A model generated the notes under the pieces. The model saw nothing but the letters and a program-made list of their open reading frames with translations. It was not told the DNA's origin and ran no database searches. 64,000 nt of DNA. Source: Auanema rhodensis (lineage: Eukaryota > Animalia > Nematoda). Below are positions 13,149 through 26,118 of this stretch, piece after piece. Each line of letters opens with the position of its first letter. Within the stretch, counting starts at the first letter, position 1. The position numbers were made by a program, and so were the translations under genes. The DNA lies in contig OZ059895.1 in NCBI GenBank assembly GCA_964057225.1, forward strand, positions 5,394,001 through 5,458,000, read 5' to 3'.

Positions 13149-15399
13149 TTAGGCTTTCCTTAATTCGAGATCCAAAAATATTCGGAAAGTCAACAAAACG
13201 TTCTCAACTTCACACTCAGCAGTCTGAAAGAATAATAGAATGACATAAGCAGTCGACAACAAGAGATGTTTTCATCTTAATTACCTCTAATAAAACTCTT
13301 GCTTTTAGAAACTGATCATACTTCACTCTGTCTGCGGGAGGCATGTATGTTTCCACGACCTCATTAATCTGCAAATAGGATGTAACTTCTCATTTTTCTA
13401 GATTTTCACACTTCTTGTTGTTTCGTCATCTCGTCCTTATTAGCATCCGCTCGAATTTCTTCTGAAATTGAGCGAATGGTGAGCTGCTTATCTGAGAGGG
13501 TCTTATTCTCTCTGTACTCATACTGACGTCGTAAAATCAAATTTCTCATAGTCTAAAAAACAAAAAAAGGTGAGACATAAAACTATAAAAATTACTTTGC
13601 AAGTGTATTCGATTAAAAGCTGTACAGTTTGTTTCAAATTTACATAATATAAATATACGGTTCGAGCTGGAGCAAAATCATTCGTTCTTCCCACAGGCTA
13701 CAAAAATTGAATAAATATTCAACAATAATAATTGAATAGACTTACACGAATGAAAATGTATCCTTCTTCTTGCAGTGCATAAAGAAGTTCTCTAGTCTCT
13801 TTTGAACTCATCATTGTTAGTTTTTCAATATGTTCTTCCTCTAAATAACCTTTGCTTTGTAATAGTCGGAAAATTCTGAAAAGAATACATACAGTTAATT
13901 TAAAAACAAAAATTGTAACACCCACCTAACAGCTTTAGTATCCAGTTGCTCTCGTATAAATGATTCGATATGATTCTGGCACATCAAAGTAATCGCACGT
14001 TCAAAGTCTTAAAATTGCTTATAACATAAAATATTTAAAACAAATGTTTTACCTATCACATAAAGGCCTCCACTGCTGTCGCCTACTTTTCTCAAAACTC
14101 CTGTAGATTCCTCAACTAATGATTTCAAAGCCCACTCCACTCCGGTCTTATCTAAGTTCAAGCTATTTTCTTTAGCGTAACGTAAAATATCGAAAACCTG
14201 AAAAAAATTAAAAATTAAAATACAGAACAATATAAATGAAACATACAGAAACATGAGCACTATTCGCTGCTTTTATGGAAGATGATCGTGTTTCGTTAGC
14301 CTTAAGCAGACCAAAGAATGTGTCTTTGCATAACTGCTCCGTTTTTTCTTGCAAAATCTATAAAAAAAAGTTTGAAAACATATCAAATGGCTTGGAAATT
14401 AGAAAAAAATCAACCGGTCAATAGAAATAATTTATGAAAATGAAAACGTTGGGACTCTATGATTAGAAAATTAAAACTCACAGCACGGTTTGGCATAACC
14501 AATTCCAGTACTAATTCATCCCTGATATAACGATCAAAACGAGTCCAATTAACTTTCCAAAATATGTCTTCATCATGATCAGGACCATGTTTTCGTTTTC
14601 TACCTTCAGTAGTAGCTTTATTAGCTGAAACAATGCTTAAATTTTTAAAATAACAGTAATGAAAACATGTTACCAGTAGCAGTGTTGATTTCAAATATTT
14701 TATCAGGCATAATGAAAGGATCATAATTTGTTTCAAATATAGGACATCCTCTTAAATGTGATTTGATTGGAGGACAGCGAATAATGAATTGGGATTCAGA
14801 AAAACGACAAAATGATTCTTTGGCCTACAAGAAAACCAAAAAATTTAAAACTTGGAGTTAATCAAAACTAGCCTGTTCCAATGTGTAATTCCCTTCAGAG
14901 AATTCGGATTGTTGAGAAACTCTCCGAATTGTATCTGAGCAAGTAAGACGGCCACGAGAGAATATTTCTAAGAATAACATTTCTGCTAAATCTCCATATA
15001 AAGTTTTAATAATATAAGCACATCTGAAGATTCTAATTAGGGAAAAGACGTTCAATGATATACACAAACCTGGGTAATTTGGAAAAGGCAAAAATTGGCT
15101 CAGGTTCAATGGAATAACTAACTCGCATAGACGAATCTAATTTAAATGAAACTATACCGAATTGTTCCAAAGATGTTAAAGCTTTTCGGATCTAAACAGA
15201 ACATTATATCTTTTAGTTTGGTAAATATTAAAATTACATTATGAAGAGAAATTTTCCCTCTTAAACGACTCGCAATTGCTGGTAGTGGTCCTGGTTCTTT
15301 CATGACTACCTCAGCAACTTGCATAACCGTACTTCCAAAATGTTCATTAATCAAGGCACAGCTCAGCTCAGAGGCCAAACGGCCTCTAGCGAAAGCCAT
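13149..15399 (-). CDS. POLR3C: RNA polymerase III subunit RPC3/POLR3C
   Basis: RPC82/RPC62 family motifs across many short exons: MAFARGRLASELSCALINEHFG..., FWKVNWTRFDRYIRDE, RIFRLLQSKGYLEEEHIEKLTMMSSKETRELLYAL, PVGRTNDFAPARTVYLY. Confidence 0.9.
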
Positions 15400-15583
15400 C
15401 TAGAATTAAACCTAATGCATCATATTTTGAATTGTGTGATGTAAAGAACAGAAATCAACTGCTTGAACATTTAAATGCAGTACATATATCCATTATCTTT
15501 ATTTTTTTGATTAAAAATCAGAATAACAAAACAGAATAACAAATCAACAATAAAAAAAACAATCAATAAACACAACAATTCAT

Positions 15584-16898
15584 TTATGTGCGTCGCATAA
15601 TAGCTCTTTGCTGAAAAAAAAAACGTTTAAACGGTAACGAAAACGGATATAAAACTTACTTTCGCTTTGTTTTTTAAGTTTTTAATTTTTCTCTTTTCAA
15701 CCTTGTTCCTAGGCCTTTTATGAGATGGGCCATCACCAGGCTTTGCACGTTTTCTAAATTGATATAAAGCAATTTATAATTGAGCAATGAAATAAATACC
15801 TTTTATGAGCCGGTCCTGATCCACTTTCATCTCTTACCATATAACTTCCAAAGTTCAACAAATTATCAACAGCATTTTCATTCTTATGCTTAGCTGCACG
15901 AACCTTTTCAGCTCGAGTAACTTTAAGCCGGACTAGATTATCTTCTTCGTATCGCTCTTTTTCTTTTTCTCTTTCCCAATCACGTTTAGAAACATCCTGA
16001 AATAAAGAACACGTTTCAAATATCTAAGTGATTAGCCTACTCTATATTCTTCTGGAGCTTCGCTATATTGTTCTTTAAGTTCCTGAATAAGGGAACTTTG
16101 CATGGCACGTCTACGCGATCGAGCAACAGCTTTAGATTTCTTGTCGCTCTCTTCTGAAAATCACGAAAAAATAAATTATATTATGTTCTCATCAGGATTT
16201 ACCATCGTAATGAACTGCCATCATCTTTGGAGGAACATATTTTTTTGGTCGTCCCTCTTCTTCTCCTTCTCCTTCTTCATCTTCATTGTCAGATTCATTT
16301 TCATCGTCATCAAACTTAAAATTATTAAATAGAATACGAATAAATTAACCAAACACACCTCCATTTGGTCTAATCTAGGTTTGAGGTTGCTTTCTTTCTT
16401 TGTAGGATCACTCTGTTTCTAAAGAAAACAAAATTTCAAATATTTAACAGAATAACGATCAACCTTAGTGAGCTTATCCACCTGAGAAGCCAATTTTTGT
16501 TCAATAGGTTTAATTTTTTCTAACACCTGTGCAAATTAAGATTATACCTCTAGATTTATGACAAACTAACAGTTCTATGTAATGCTGCTCTTTGAAATGC
16601 TTCGGAACTAGCTATAGATTGTCCAGCACTCATTCTTTCCATTAGGAACGTCATCTCCATAATATATGCTAATAATTCGCGATTTTTAACTTCAAAAAGA
16701 CCAATTCCCTGAAAACAAGTAAACTTACTCGATCATGAGTGAAAAAACAAAAACAAATAGAAGATCACAAACCTCTCTATCATTGTCTGCAGATTTTAAA
16801 GAAGATAAAAATTTCTCAACATTCTGTACAGCGTCTTCAGAAGTCTTAGCGCATTCTGCTAGGACTTTAGCAAAATTACTCGCTTGGGCTTCAGTCAT
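15584..16898 (-). CDS. lpd-2: Neuroguidin/Lcp5 (Sas10/Utp3 family) ribosome biogenesis factor
   Basis: Motifs GIGLFEVKNRELLAYIMEM, VLEKIKPIEQKLASQVDKL, KYVPPK, LIQELKEQYSEAPEE and RYEEDNLVRL, with a basic C-terminus. ATG at 16898 directly follows an ATTCAG acceptor. Confidence 0.9.
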
Positions 16899-17105
16899 GC
16901 TGAATATCTTTATAAGTAAGGAAACAAAAACTATTTAAAATATAAAGGTTATTAACCAATAAAAATATTAAAAAAAAGTAATTTCTTTAAAAAGTTGAGT
17001 TTTAGATTTATTCAAAGTTAGGAAAATAAATTCAATATATATATTCCCATATGTACAAAGAAAAAGCATAATCGTAATATACAAGTAGGACTGTAAAGTA
17101 AAGCT

Positions 17106-17709
17106 TTAAGCGGGATTAGAATCCTTTTTGGTAGTTTCGCCGTCGCCAGGTTTGTTCTTGTTACCATTTGCATAAGCAACAAACATTTCTTTCAAAAAAG
17201 TGAGCTCTTTTTGTAGAGATTCAACCTCAAAACAATTATTTTTTAAATTTTAAAACCAAATAAGAACCTTTCTTTCAAGCTGCTCATTTTCTTGGCGTAA
17301 TTCTTCAACTCTAGCAGTAGTTTCAGTTTCTTCTTGGCGTTTTTTTTGTCTCGTTCTGTAATAAATTTACATTGAAAATATAGTAAAATCTGAAAAACTA
17401 TACAGGTGACCATTTTCGATTTAAAGAAGAAATGAAAGTTATAAATAAAAAACAAAAGCATTTTGCCGAGAAAGTACGTACGATATATTTCACACTATAT
17501 TGGTGTTAGTAATAGCTTAACCTAAAATTGGACTTGTACCTACAGTGAAATTTCTCCCATTTTTTTCTTTCGGTTCTGTGCTTCTTCGAAAAACCCTACC
17601 GATTTACGGCTTCATTGTTCCGTTGCCGTTTTTGTATATAACTTTCGTCAACTTCTTTGTCTGTACTAGATGACGAGGATTGTGCTTTACTTCTTTTTCG
17701 CCCACTCAT
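17106..17709 (-). CDS. cebp-2: C/EBP-gamma-like bZIP transcription factor
   Basis: Three exons: MSGRKRS...YIQKRQRNNEAVNR|TRQKKRQEETETTARVEELRQENEQLERK|VESLQKELTFLKEMFVAYA...*, closely resembling nematode CEBP-2. Not present in the ORF track. Confidence 0.93.
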
Positions 17710-18180
17710 TTTCCAGCTATTTGCTTAAAAAAGAAAATTGAGAAAAAAAATATTATAAAAAAATTAAAATAGAGTATAGTTTCAACGAACTACTAATGTA
17801 TGCAAGCATAGAAGTAACAACGAAGCTAATTGGAAACATGTTGCACTACGTACCACGGTTACTTTTTCGTTGACCCGTACAGTAAGCCTTCTTACTAATT
17901 TGCAAACTTAAATATTTAAAATTTCATATGACTTAAGTAGTATGCTTAAATATCTTTGTTTCATTAATTAAAAAAAAAATTCTTAATCAAGGTCAGGAGT
18001 TTTTATTTTGTAAAATAGTGATCGCATACTCTTCCAATGGTAGTATAAGTGTGGTTCTTCTTATGTTAAAGTTGTACTATTTATTAAATTTATCTCGTTT
18101 CATTGTTGAAGTCAATGTGAAGAATTTTTTAGTTGGATCAAATTGTTTATAGTTAGTTTTTTTTTCCAGATTTAACAACT

Positions 18181-18816
18181 ATGCTTCAGCCTGAGTCGAA
18201 CCGTGTTTTAACATTATTGAATGAAGTCGAGTATTTAATTAAAAGAATTTACTTAAAACGAAGTTTTCTTTTTTTTTAGAAATCTTCAAGTTGAGTTGGA
18301 AGAGCGTTTAATACAATCGAATGAACAAGTGTCAACAGAGGTCATCAAGCTGCAGGACCTGGTAAGCTTTGCTCATTCATGCTTCGATGTAGTCTGAAAT
18401 TTCATTGTTGGGAAACATGTATATTCCGATTTGTGAAATACGACATAAAAGATAGAACTCACTGTGTATTCTCATAAAGATTCTCTCTTCTGATTGAAAT
18501 TCTATATTATATACTAATCTTTGTTTGCAATTTCTAAAATCATGCTTCATGAGGACAATTAGATTCAGAAAATAATTAAGTGGAAATTATCTTTTGTTGT
18601 TTTATTCAATAATCCTATATATATAAATATATAGGCAGAAAATTTGAAAAGAGATCTTTGAAGTTTTTATAAGTTTATATATTTCAATTTTAGAATAAAA
18701 CAGTCGAGAAATATGTTGGCATCTTGCATGAAGTTTCTGTTGATATGGTTAACATCTGTGAACGCCTGAATTCTCTGAATTCTAGAGTTACTGCTTTGCA
18801 AAATCTAAAACCTTAA
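18181..18816 (+). CDS. glo-2: BLOC-1 subunit pallidin/BLOC1S6-like coiled-coil protein
   Basis: Three exons give MLQPESNRVLTLLNEVENLQVELEERLIQSNEQ...VEKYVGILHEVSVDMVNICERLNSLNSRVTALQNLKP* (~85 aa). The pattern fits the Snapin/Pallidin family and resembles nematode GLO-2 as recalled. Divergent from cebp-2. Confidence 0.65.
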
Positions 18817-21071
18817 ACAACTCTCGAGGTCTGTTGACTTTTGTTTTGAAGATTTTCTGAAGTTGGATGTTTAGTCTAGCTATGTTGATGTGTTTTGCGA
18901 AGCCACGCCTTAGACTTCACATTCCTACGCATAGTCAATTTCTTTGAATGAAGGTATTCATGTTCATTCGACTATGTCCTTTAAGTCTTTTGACTTTCTT
19001 CAATGTTCTCGATTTTCTTGCTCACATCCGTCCGCTTAAGCTACTTAGTGTGATCAAATACATGCAGATCTCAGCGCGCAATAGTTTTCTTTATTCATGA
19101 GTTTGCTCCCGTTTTTTTCAAATTATAGTCTGAAAAGTTCAGGCATACTCAAGTTCTTTTCATTCTTCTCCTGATCACTCTGTTACCTGTGAATAACAGG
19201 TATCTCATTGAACATGCAACTATTTATTTTTAATGGAATCTGAATTCACCCTACTCAATCACTTTTGGCATCTGTTTTGAGCTCCTTTTTCACCAATGCT
19301 TGCATTACTTTACAATTTTATTTTAACATCTTCGTCTTACTCTTTCGTTGGATTTTAATTTCGAATTCTTCCAATTTGCACTAAAATCATTCAATGACAA
19401 AGCGCGATATTGAATACGTAATATGATCTTTCCTTATTTGCTGTTCTAGTTGAAGACGCATTGAGTCATTCGAAGTCGACTTCCTGTTTACTTATGTCTT
19501 TTGCGGTATTAATTATAATTCTGCTATTGTTTCTATTTCTACCTGTCGGTCACGTGTGACATCTCGTTCTCACTCTCTTCTGTATCGTCATTGAACGCTT
19601 TCCCAGAGCACTACATTTCTATTCAATCGAGCTGCGATTAACCTGTGTTGAGACAAAGTTCAATGTAATTTAATTCTTCAGGAATTAAATTGGTCAAAGC
19701 TATTCTCTAAAAGTTCTTCGCTCTTTTCTCCTTCTATTGTAGGTAAATATACTTGGGTTTAAAAAATTGAAAGAAGCTCAAGCAATCGCTGCGTAAATAT
19801 ATTTAAAAATGTTTCATCATGATTCTTTCATAAGTAAAACTTTTATCTCGATCATATTTTTCACCGAACATTCACCTATTTCTACTTCCTTCTTTCTTTT
19901 TTCTTCTCTATTTCATTTTATAAACTTCTCTCATCTTGAGAGTTTTAGAGCTAACGGCTTGTCATCAGCTTCCGTTACTTTATGACGTTACGGCTCGGAG
20001 ACTACGTGCTCTGACTTGACTCGTTTTCTCGCAGTTCTAACTTGATTTCTAAGTATATTCAGCTTTCGAATGGCACTTTGTATTATAGAAATGTGGAGCT
20101 GTCAAAGTTTAACCTGTTCAAATACCCTTTCTTATTTCATGAGTCATCAACAAGAAATCAGAAATATGTCTCTGAAATAAGTACATAGGGTCAGTAGCAC
20201 GGCCATGAATAGCCAACGAGATTTTGTGTCGAGAATCGAATGCTTCTTCGTTTTCCTGAGTTTTAGGCAATTTGCATGCATTTTCCCTAGTTAAAGGTTT
20301 TGGCTTTTCCTTTCTCAAATCCAATATGATTATCGGCTATTTCACTACTTATGTACTCTTTCTTTTTGGCAATATTATATTCATTTTGTTTCTGTCTGCA
20401 AACAACTTTACTCATATTCTTAGCCGGAAGGCAACGCTAATAAACTTATGATACGAAAAAAATCCGGAGATGGAAATTTACTTTTCTTTTTCTTTCTTTA
20501 TAATCGATAGCCCTGTGTTTATTCGAGCAGCTGTTTGATCATATATTGGCCAGCTACAACCAGTATGCCAGCAAACTGTCTTAGTTTTTTTTGAAAAATA
20601 TTCAACCATCGGTTAGTCACAAATCACAATTTTCTTTTTCTTCATCCAACTCATGAAGCCAAAGCTACACATGCTCACCTCCATCTTTGGTCGTTGTTCA
20701 GTTTCTCTCTTTTCCTGCTCTTCATTTACTATTTCCCGAAGTCGAACGATTTTTGAAAAAACATTTCCATTGAAAATCCAACCTAATTGGGCTCGAGAGG
20801 AAGGATGAATGAAAGCACCTTGGTAAAGTCCCGAACAACGTTCTCTGGTTTATGTATATCCTCATTAAAGCTATTCAGTTATTCATCCAAATAATACTCT
20901 ATCACTTTGTAATTGCATTCTTCTTTTCCGTATTCTTTACTTTTTTCCTTGTCATTCTACTGCTCTCTTTCTGTCTCTTTCCGTCTTGTCCAGACCCACT
21001 CCTCCTACGCGTTAGGCCACCCTTTATCTTCATTTGTATTTCAGTCTTGATATTTCAGGAGGCGTTATGTG

Positions 21072-21937
21072 ATGCTGCTTGTTTTGTTTCTTTCAATTGC
21101 TCATGCCGTAAATGCTCTTCTTTGTCTGCAATGCGACGGTCGAAATTTTAGTCATGGCTTGAAGTAAGTACCCTAGCTATTCAAATGGCTAGATCAATTC
21201 ATAAAAAGTGTGCGATAGAGAATTGTTTGATTTAGTCATTAGATATTTCACATCATTTGATCATCATAATAATTTCCAGATTGTCACTCGACGATTGCTG
21301 TCACGTCTCATTCGCCGTTTGTTCTAAAGGCCAGGTCTGTATTCGGGCTTTTGTGTCAGCTCCAAATAGAAAATTTTTTCTTTCCGGCTGTCATGAACCT
21401 GAGGATGGACTAATAGGTTTGATATATCTTTCATTTTTCGATTTCTGACGACGATCAAGATTTAAGTCAATGAATTCAGGTTGTGACACCCACTCTCTTC
21501 CATTTAACGCGACTGTGCATCGATGTGCTTGCACCGATTCGAAATGTCAACTCTATTTTCCTAAAAGTTGTTCTTCTCGTATAACATCAACTTCAACTTC
21601 ATCTTTTGCTAATAGTAAATATCATCATTCTAATGACACTATTCATATTCATTCTCATCATCACTCTCAGCACCATCATAAACACCATCATCATAAATCA
21701 GTATCTACCACACTGCCACCTATTTCTAAGCCTCCTTTTTTGAAAGCTATAAAGACAACTGAGCCTCATCTAGTTCTTTATGACGAAGCATTGGGTTCCA
21801 CACTTTCTAATTCTCAATCTGTAAGTTATGATAAACTAACTTTATCATCTGATGCACAAGTGCTCTTGAAGCACAGCTCATCAGCTTCTTTCTATGCCAT
21901 TGTCATTGTATGCTCAATAATATGTGTTTTACTCTGA
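21072..21937 (+). CDS. Ly6/uPAR (three-finger)-like protein with a His-rich stalk and a GPI-type C-terminus
   Basis: Signal peptide MLLVLFLSIAHAVNA, then LLCLQCDG...DDCC...C..GQVC...LSGC...GCD...RCACTDSKC, an S/T- and His-rich segment, and a hydrophobic C-terminus SSASFYAIVIVCSIICVLL*. Three exons. Confidence 0.8.
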
Positions 21938-22522
21938 ATTGTCACTTTCGTTTGAAGCTTTAGTTACCGATTTCTAGTCATTATCGACTGTATCCTACTC
22001 AAATCTGGTCTTCGCTCTGTGACATTCCCATATTTCACGTACACCTCTTGGTTGTTTTCATATTTTTATACAAATTATTTAATTTACATAAACTATATTT
22101 AGGAAACAAACAAAACTCATTACTAAAATATATGAAAGAAACAATATCCAAATAAAGAGCTAAGAAGAAAGATTTTGATCAAATTATAACAATGAAGAAT
22201 GATATAAAATGAAATTACAACATACAAAATACAATAATACAAAACTTATATATGAAATCAAGAAAAAAAACAACTTATATACAGATAGATATTGTGCTAA
22301 ATTTATAATGCTTGCATATTTTTGAAGTAGCTCATATAATAATTGCAACATAAATAAAACAAAAACAATGAATAATATTAGAGAAGAGAAAATTTTTGGC
22401 TATAATATGTGAATATGAGTTAATCATGTAAAATTACTTATCTTAGTACATAAAGAACAACCTAAGTTTTGTCGTAGACCAATTACAATTTCAATTACGT
22501 CTTTTGTGAGATATCTTTTTGT

Positions 22523-25500
22523 TTAGAATTTGGCCAAATCTGCTATTCGTAACACATGCTTACATCCTAATTTCTCACATGCCTTCACTCGTTTCCTAAA
22601 TAACAGATTGTTGAGAAATTAAAAAATAAAATAGAGAACATACTTCCTACATATACATTGTTCCTTGGATTTGGCTACACGAGCTTTTCCACCTCGACCC
22701 GATCGGCCGTTAGATGATACAGTTGATTGGGCCATAACTCTAGCTCCAGAAGTTTCTGCAGTTGTTCTACTGTTCACTAATGGCGATCCCACGGACATCT
22801 TATCCCCTTCTGCATCACAACTCATCGAAGCAAAGTTATCAGTTATCTGTTGAACTGTGGAAAAAAGACAATCGGTTGATGCAATGTAGGTCCTCGGTTT
22901 AATTAATCGCAGAAGGCTATAATACCGCTTTGGTATGATTAAAGAAGCAAAGCCATCACAGGCGCTTGTATAGAACAATGAAAGTGTGCTTGGATTTCTG
23001 AGGATATCTTTGATAAGACCTTGCTCAAGGCCAACGGTTTGCAAGACACTAATTTGCTCTGTTGTGGCATCCTCGTTAATAATCGCATTAATGATTTCGC
23101 GAATAACCACATCCTTTGATTCCATGGCAACAATGTCACGCTCGTCAGTTTCCGGTCCATGATACATAGCAAACCTCAAAACGTACGTTAACATTTCCAG
23201 ACGAGCTCCATGCAACAGTTTCAATGTTAAAGAAAACTCTTGAGGATAATCGGCAATCCTGCCACCGCTGGTGATCATTGAATGTGCTTGCATAAGTCTT
23301 ACGAGAGTTAACTGTTGCTGAGCCTGTTCCTCCCAAAGACAAATGTCTTGTCCTTGAATGCTCATTTTGTCATTAGCGAGGCTTGCCGCATTTCTCCATG
23401 TTGAAACAGTTGTGATAATCTCTGATGTCGCATTTTGTCTTACACTTTCGTTATTCATCATTTGTAAGCAAGCTGTAGCACTAAGCGGTGGCAATCTGTT
23501 TTGATCTTCCACAGTGCATTCAGTTGTTTGTATTTTTCTTGGAGAAATTGGTTCTCCAGGGAATTGACAAAAATCGGTTCTTAAAACCATATTACCAGAA
23601 GATGATGGAACAGAGCTAGAATCAGTCTTAGGATCATTACAGATAGACGTAGCAGTTAGCATCTGTTCCTGTATATTCGAAATTGTTTTATTAGGTTCGT
23701 TCATTAGGCTTCGGAAACTCTTAACGAGCATTTCGCTCATGGGAGAGAACACGTCGAATACACTTGCCCATGAAGCACCGATAGAAGGCCGAAGATAGAC
23801 GAATCCTTCAGTATTTGTATCCATAAAATGGAAAATATCATTTTCTGAAAAATTAAAAGTGAACAAATACTTGTCGATACTTTACCTTTTATATCTACAA
23901 CTGAACCATTTAAATCAAATAATTGCATATAACCGGTCAAATTCCGCGTATCTTTATAATTTTTAATAAAATCTATAGAATATATTAATCTTCTACGGAT
24001 TTCATCAACATCACGTTTGATTCCAAGTTTTGAAATTAACGAAGCCCATTCCTTTAAATATCTATTATTAATTTAAACTTAATAGTATAAACGTACAGAT
24101 AAAAGACTGGCCTTTTGCACTATATTCTCTGCAGATTCTCCATATAAAGTCTGTAAATGAAATAAGATAATCTAATATATTAAATATAGACTGTACTTCG
24201 TATCTATATAACATTCCTAGCAATTGCTGTTCTTTAACATTAAAGTTCGGAATTTCACTGTTATACGACTGTGATGTTGAAGATGTTGCTTAAATGGGAA
24301 TCATAATGAAAATCGAAACTCAGAAATAACATACAGCTTGATTGATTGGTTGATGTACTTGATGGCTTTAGATTTGGATCTTTTTCTGCGACACCGATAT
24401 GCTGATATACATTAACAATATCATCTTGAGAATGAGAATCATCTCGATTTCGCAGTTTATTCTAGAAAATCTTAAACATTTACATACATTTGCATCAACT
24501 ACCTGAAGCTCCTTCACACGATTAAGCACCACGTTATGAGTTAAGGAAAGATTAATTTCCTCGCTAGGCACAAAAAGACCAAGAAAAGTTGTAACTGTAG
24601 GAGAGGTTGGGCGTATATCGTTGGAATTCTTCATTAATCTGATTTCTAATGCTTCGTTTAGATAATGTGCTAGTTTTGTTTCAACTTCTTCGGCACTTCG
24701 TTTTGTGCCGCAAAGTGATATACTTCTAGCCCATTTATCTAGTTCCCTGTGAGTTAAAAGGCGAAACCTAGCACTAAAAATAAAAATTAAGAGTAACATT
24801 TCTTTGATTTAAAGCATACGTTTTAGGATTACGCACCCAATATAGAGAGAAATGCTTATATAAAATAAGAAGTTTGTTTTTTTCTTCCACTGTCCATGGA
24901 GGGAGATCCAACGACTTATATTTCCAGAACAAAAATTGATCTAAAATTCTGCTTATTTAATATTATGAAACTAAATGTTAAACCTTTTTTATGATTTAAT
25001 GTTCTTTCAAAATCATCTAGCAGATCTTCAATATCCTGTATATTATCGCTAATATTATCATATATATCATTTGTATATCGATATGGTGTGATTGACTGAA
25101 ACAAGGATAATTATAGTTGGAAAACACGTGGTGTTTCACAAACAATGTCATTTTCATCCGGATTTTTCCGTAGAAAATGAAGTTTAATAATCATTTTATT
25201 AATCTGATTGACTAAAATAGAACACAAAAAATTATTTAATTATCATTATGTATAACTAACTCATGTCATCTCCAATTCTCGAATATTTATTACTTATATC
25301 AAATGATAATGATGATAAATGCTTTTTCCAAGAATGTAATATAAGTTTCTTTAAATTAGTACCACATGAATCTAACTCGGGTGCTTCACTAGCATATCTA
25401 TAGTATTAAAGATTTAAACTTGAATATTAATAGTGTCAAACCTTTTACTATGGAATATGGTGAAAAACTCGGCATGCAGTTTACCTAACACTAGCAACTC

Positions 25501-26118
25501 ATCAGGGTGAGCGGGCAAAGGAGAACTAAATGAATTTCATACAAGTTCAAAATAATATTATGTGAAATAAATTAATATTCGTATTATTATATTTTTACTG
25601 ACCTTTTGATAGAAGAAGGGATCAAAACCTTCTTAAAAGAGAGATCATTGAGATATATTTTCGAAGTGCCTGACGTTGGGAACACATATTCGTAATACTA
25701 GATTCGTTCAAATGAGGAACATACAGACAAAGATAACCTTACCGGTGAGAATAAACGTTCTACTTCGTCTCTGCTAAAAAAAAAGAAAATAAGATATACA
25801 AGATAAAAGACATTACGCTCTATCGGATAATGCGCCTACAATGTTGTTTCCATTATTGGAGTCTAACCCATTTGTATTCTTAAAATTTGGTTATTTATTT
25901 TTATTGAATTAACGATATATGAATCGATAAAAAATTGAATTTATAATTAATTATCATAATTTAACAAAGCCTTTATCCCATACTAACCTCATCCTCATCG
26001 TCAGTAAAATCCGAGTCTACAACTACTACCGGTTTTGGGACAGTTTTAGCTTTTCTACCCCGGGCAGAACTATTAAAAAATTCTTTAAATATTGTTAAGA
26101 TAACATTACTTACCGCAT
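22523..26118 (-). CDS. Uncharacterised protein with two Myb/SANT-like (trihelix) repeats
   Basis: Multi-exon model starting MRSARGRKAK. Contains LPWTVEEKNKLLILYKHF...KWARSISLCGTKRSAEEVETKL and EWASLISKLGIKRDVDEIRRRL, a ~1.2-kb exon (ORF 22619-23866) and a basic Cys/His C-terminus (CICRKRVKACEKLGCKH). Confidence 0.65.

Larger units (their letters stand above)
13149..17709 (-). other. Probable trans-spliced operon cebp-2 > lpd-2 > RPC3
   Basis: Same strand, with ~200 nt between each stop and the next ATG. The cebp-2 AATAAA (17012-17007) lies ~100 nt before the acceptor at 16901. An acceptor AG immediately precedes the RPC3 ATG. Intercistronic sequence is U-rich. Confidence 0.8.

Noticed and set aside
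17878-17884. TACnGTA palindrome recurring in promoters (also at 26579 and 35550)
   Set aside because: Too short; many copies are expected by chance in 64 kb of this composition.
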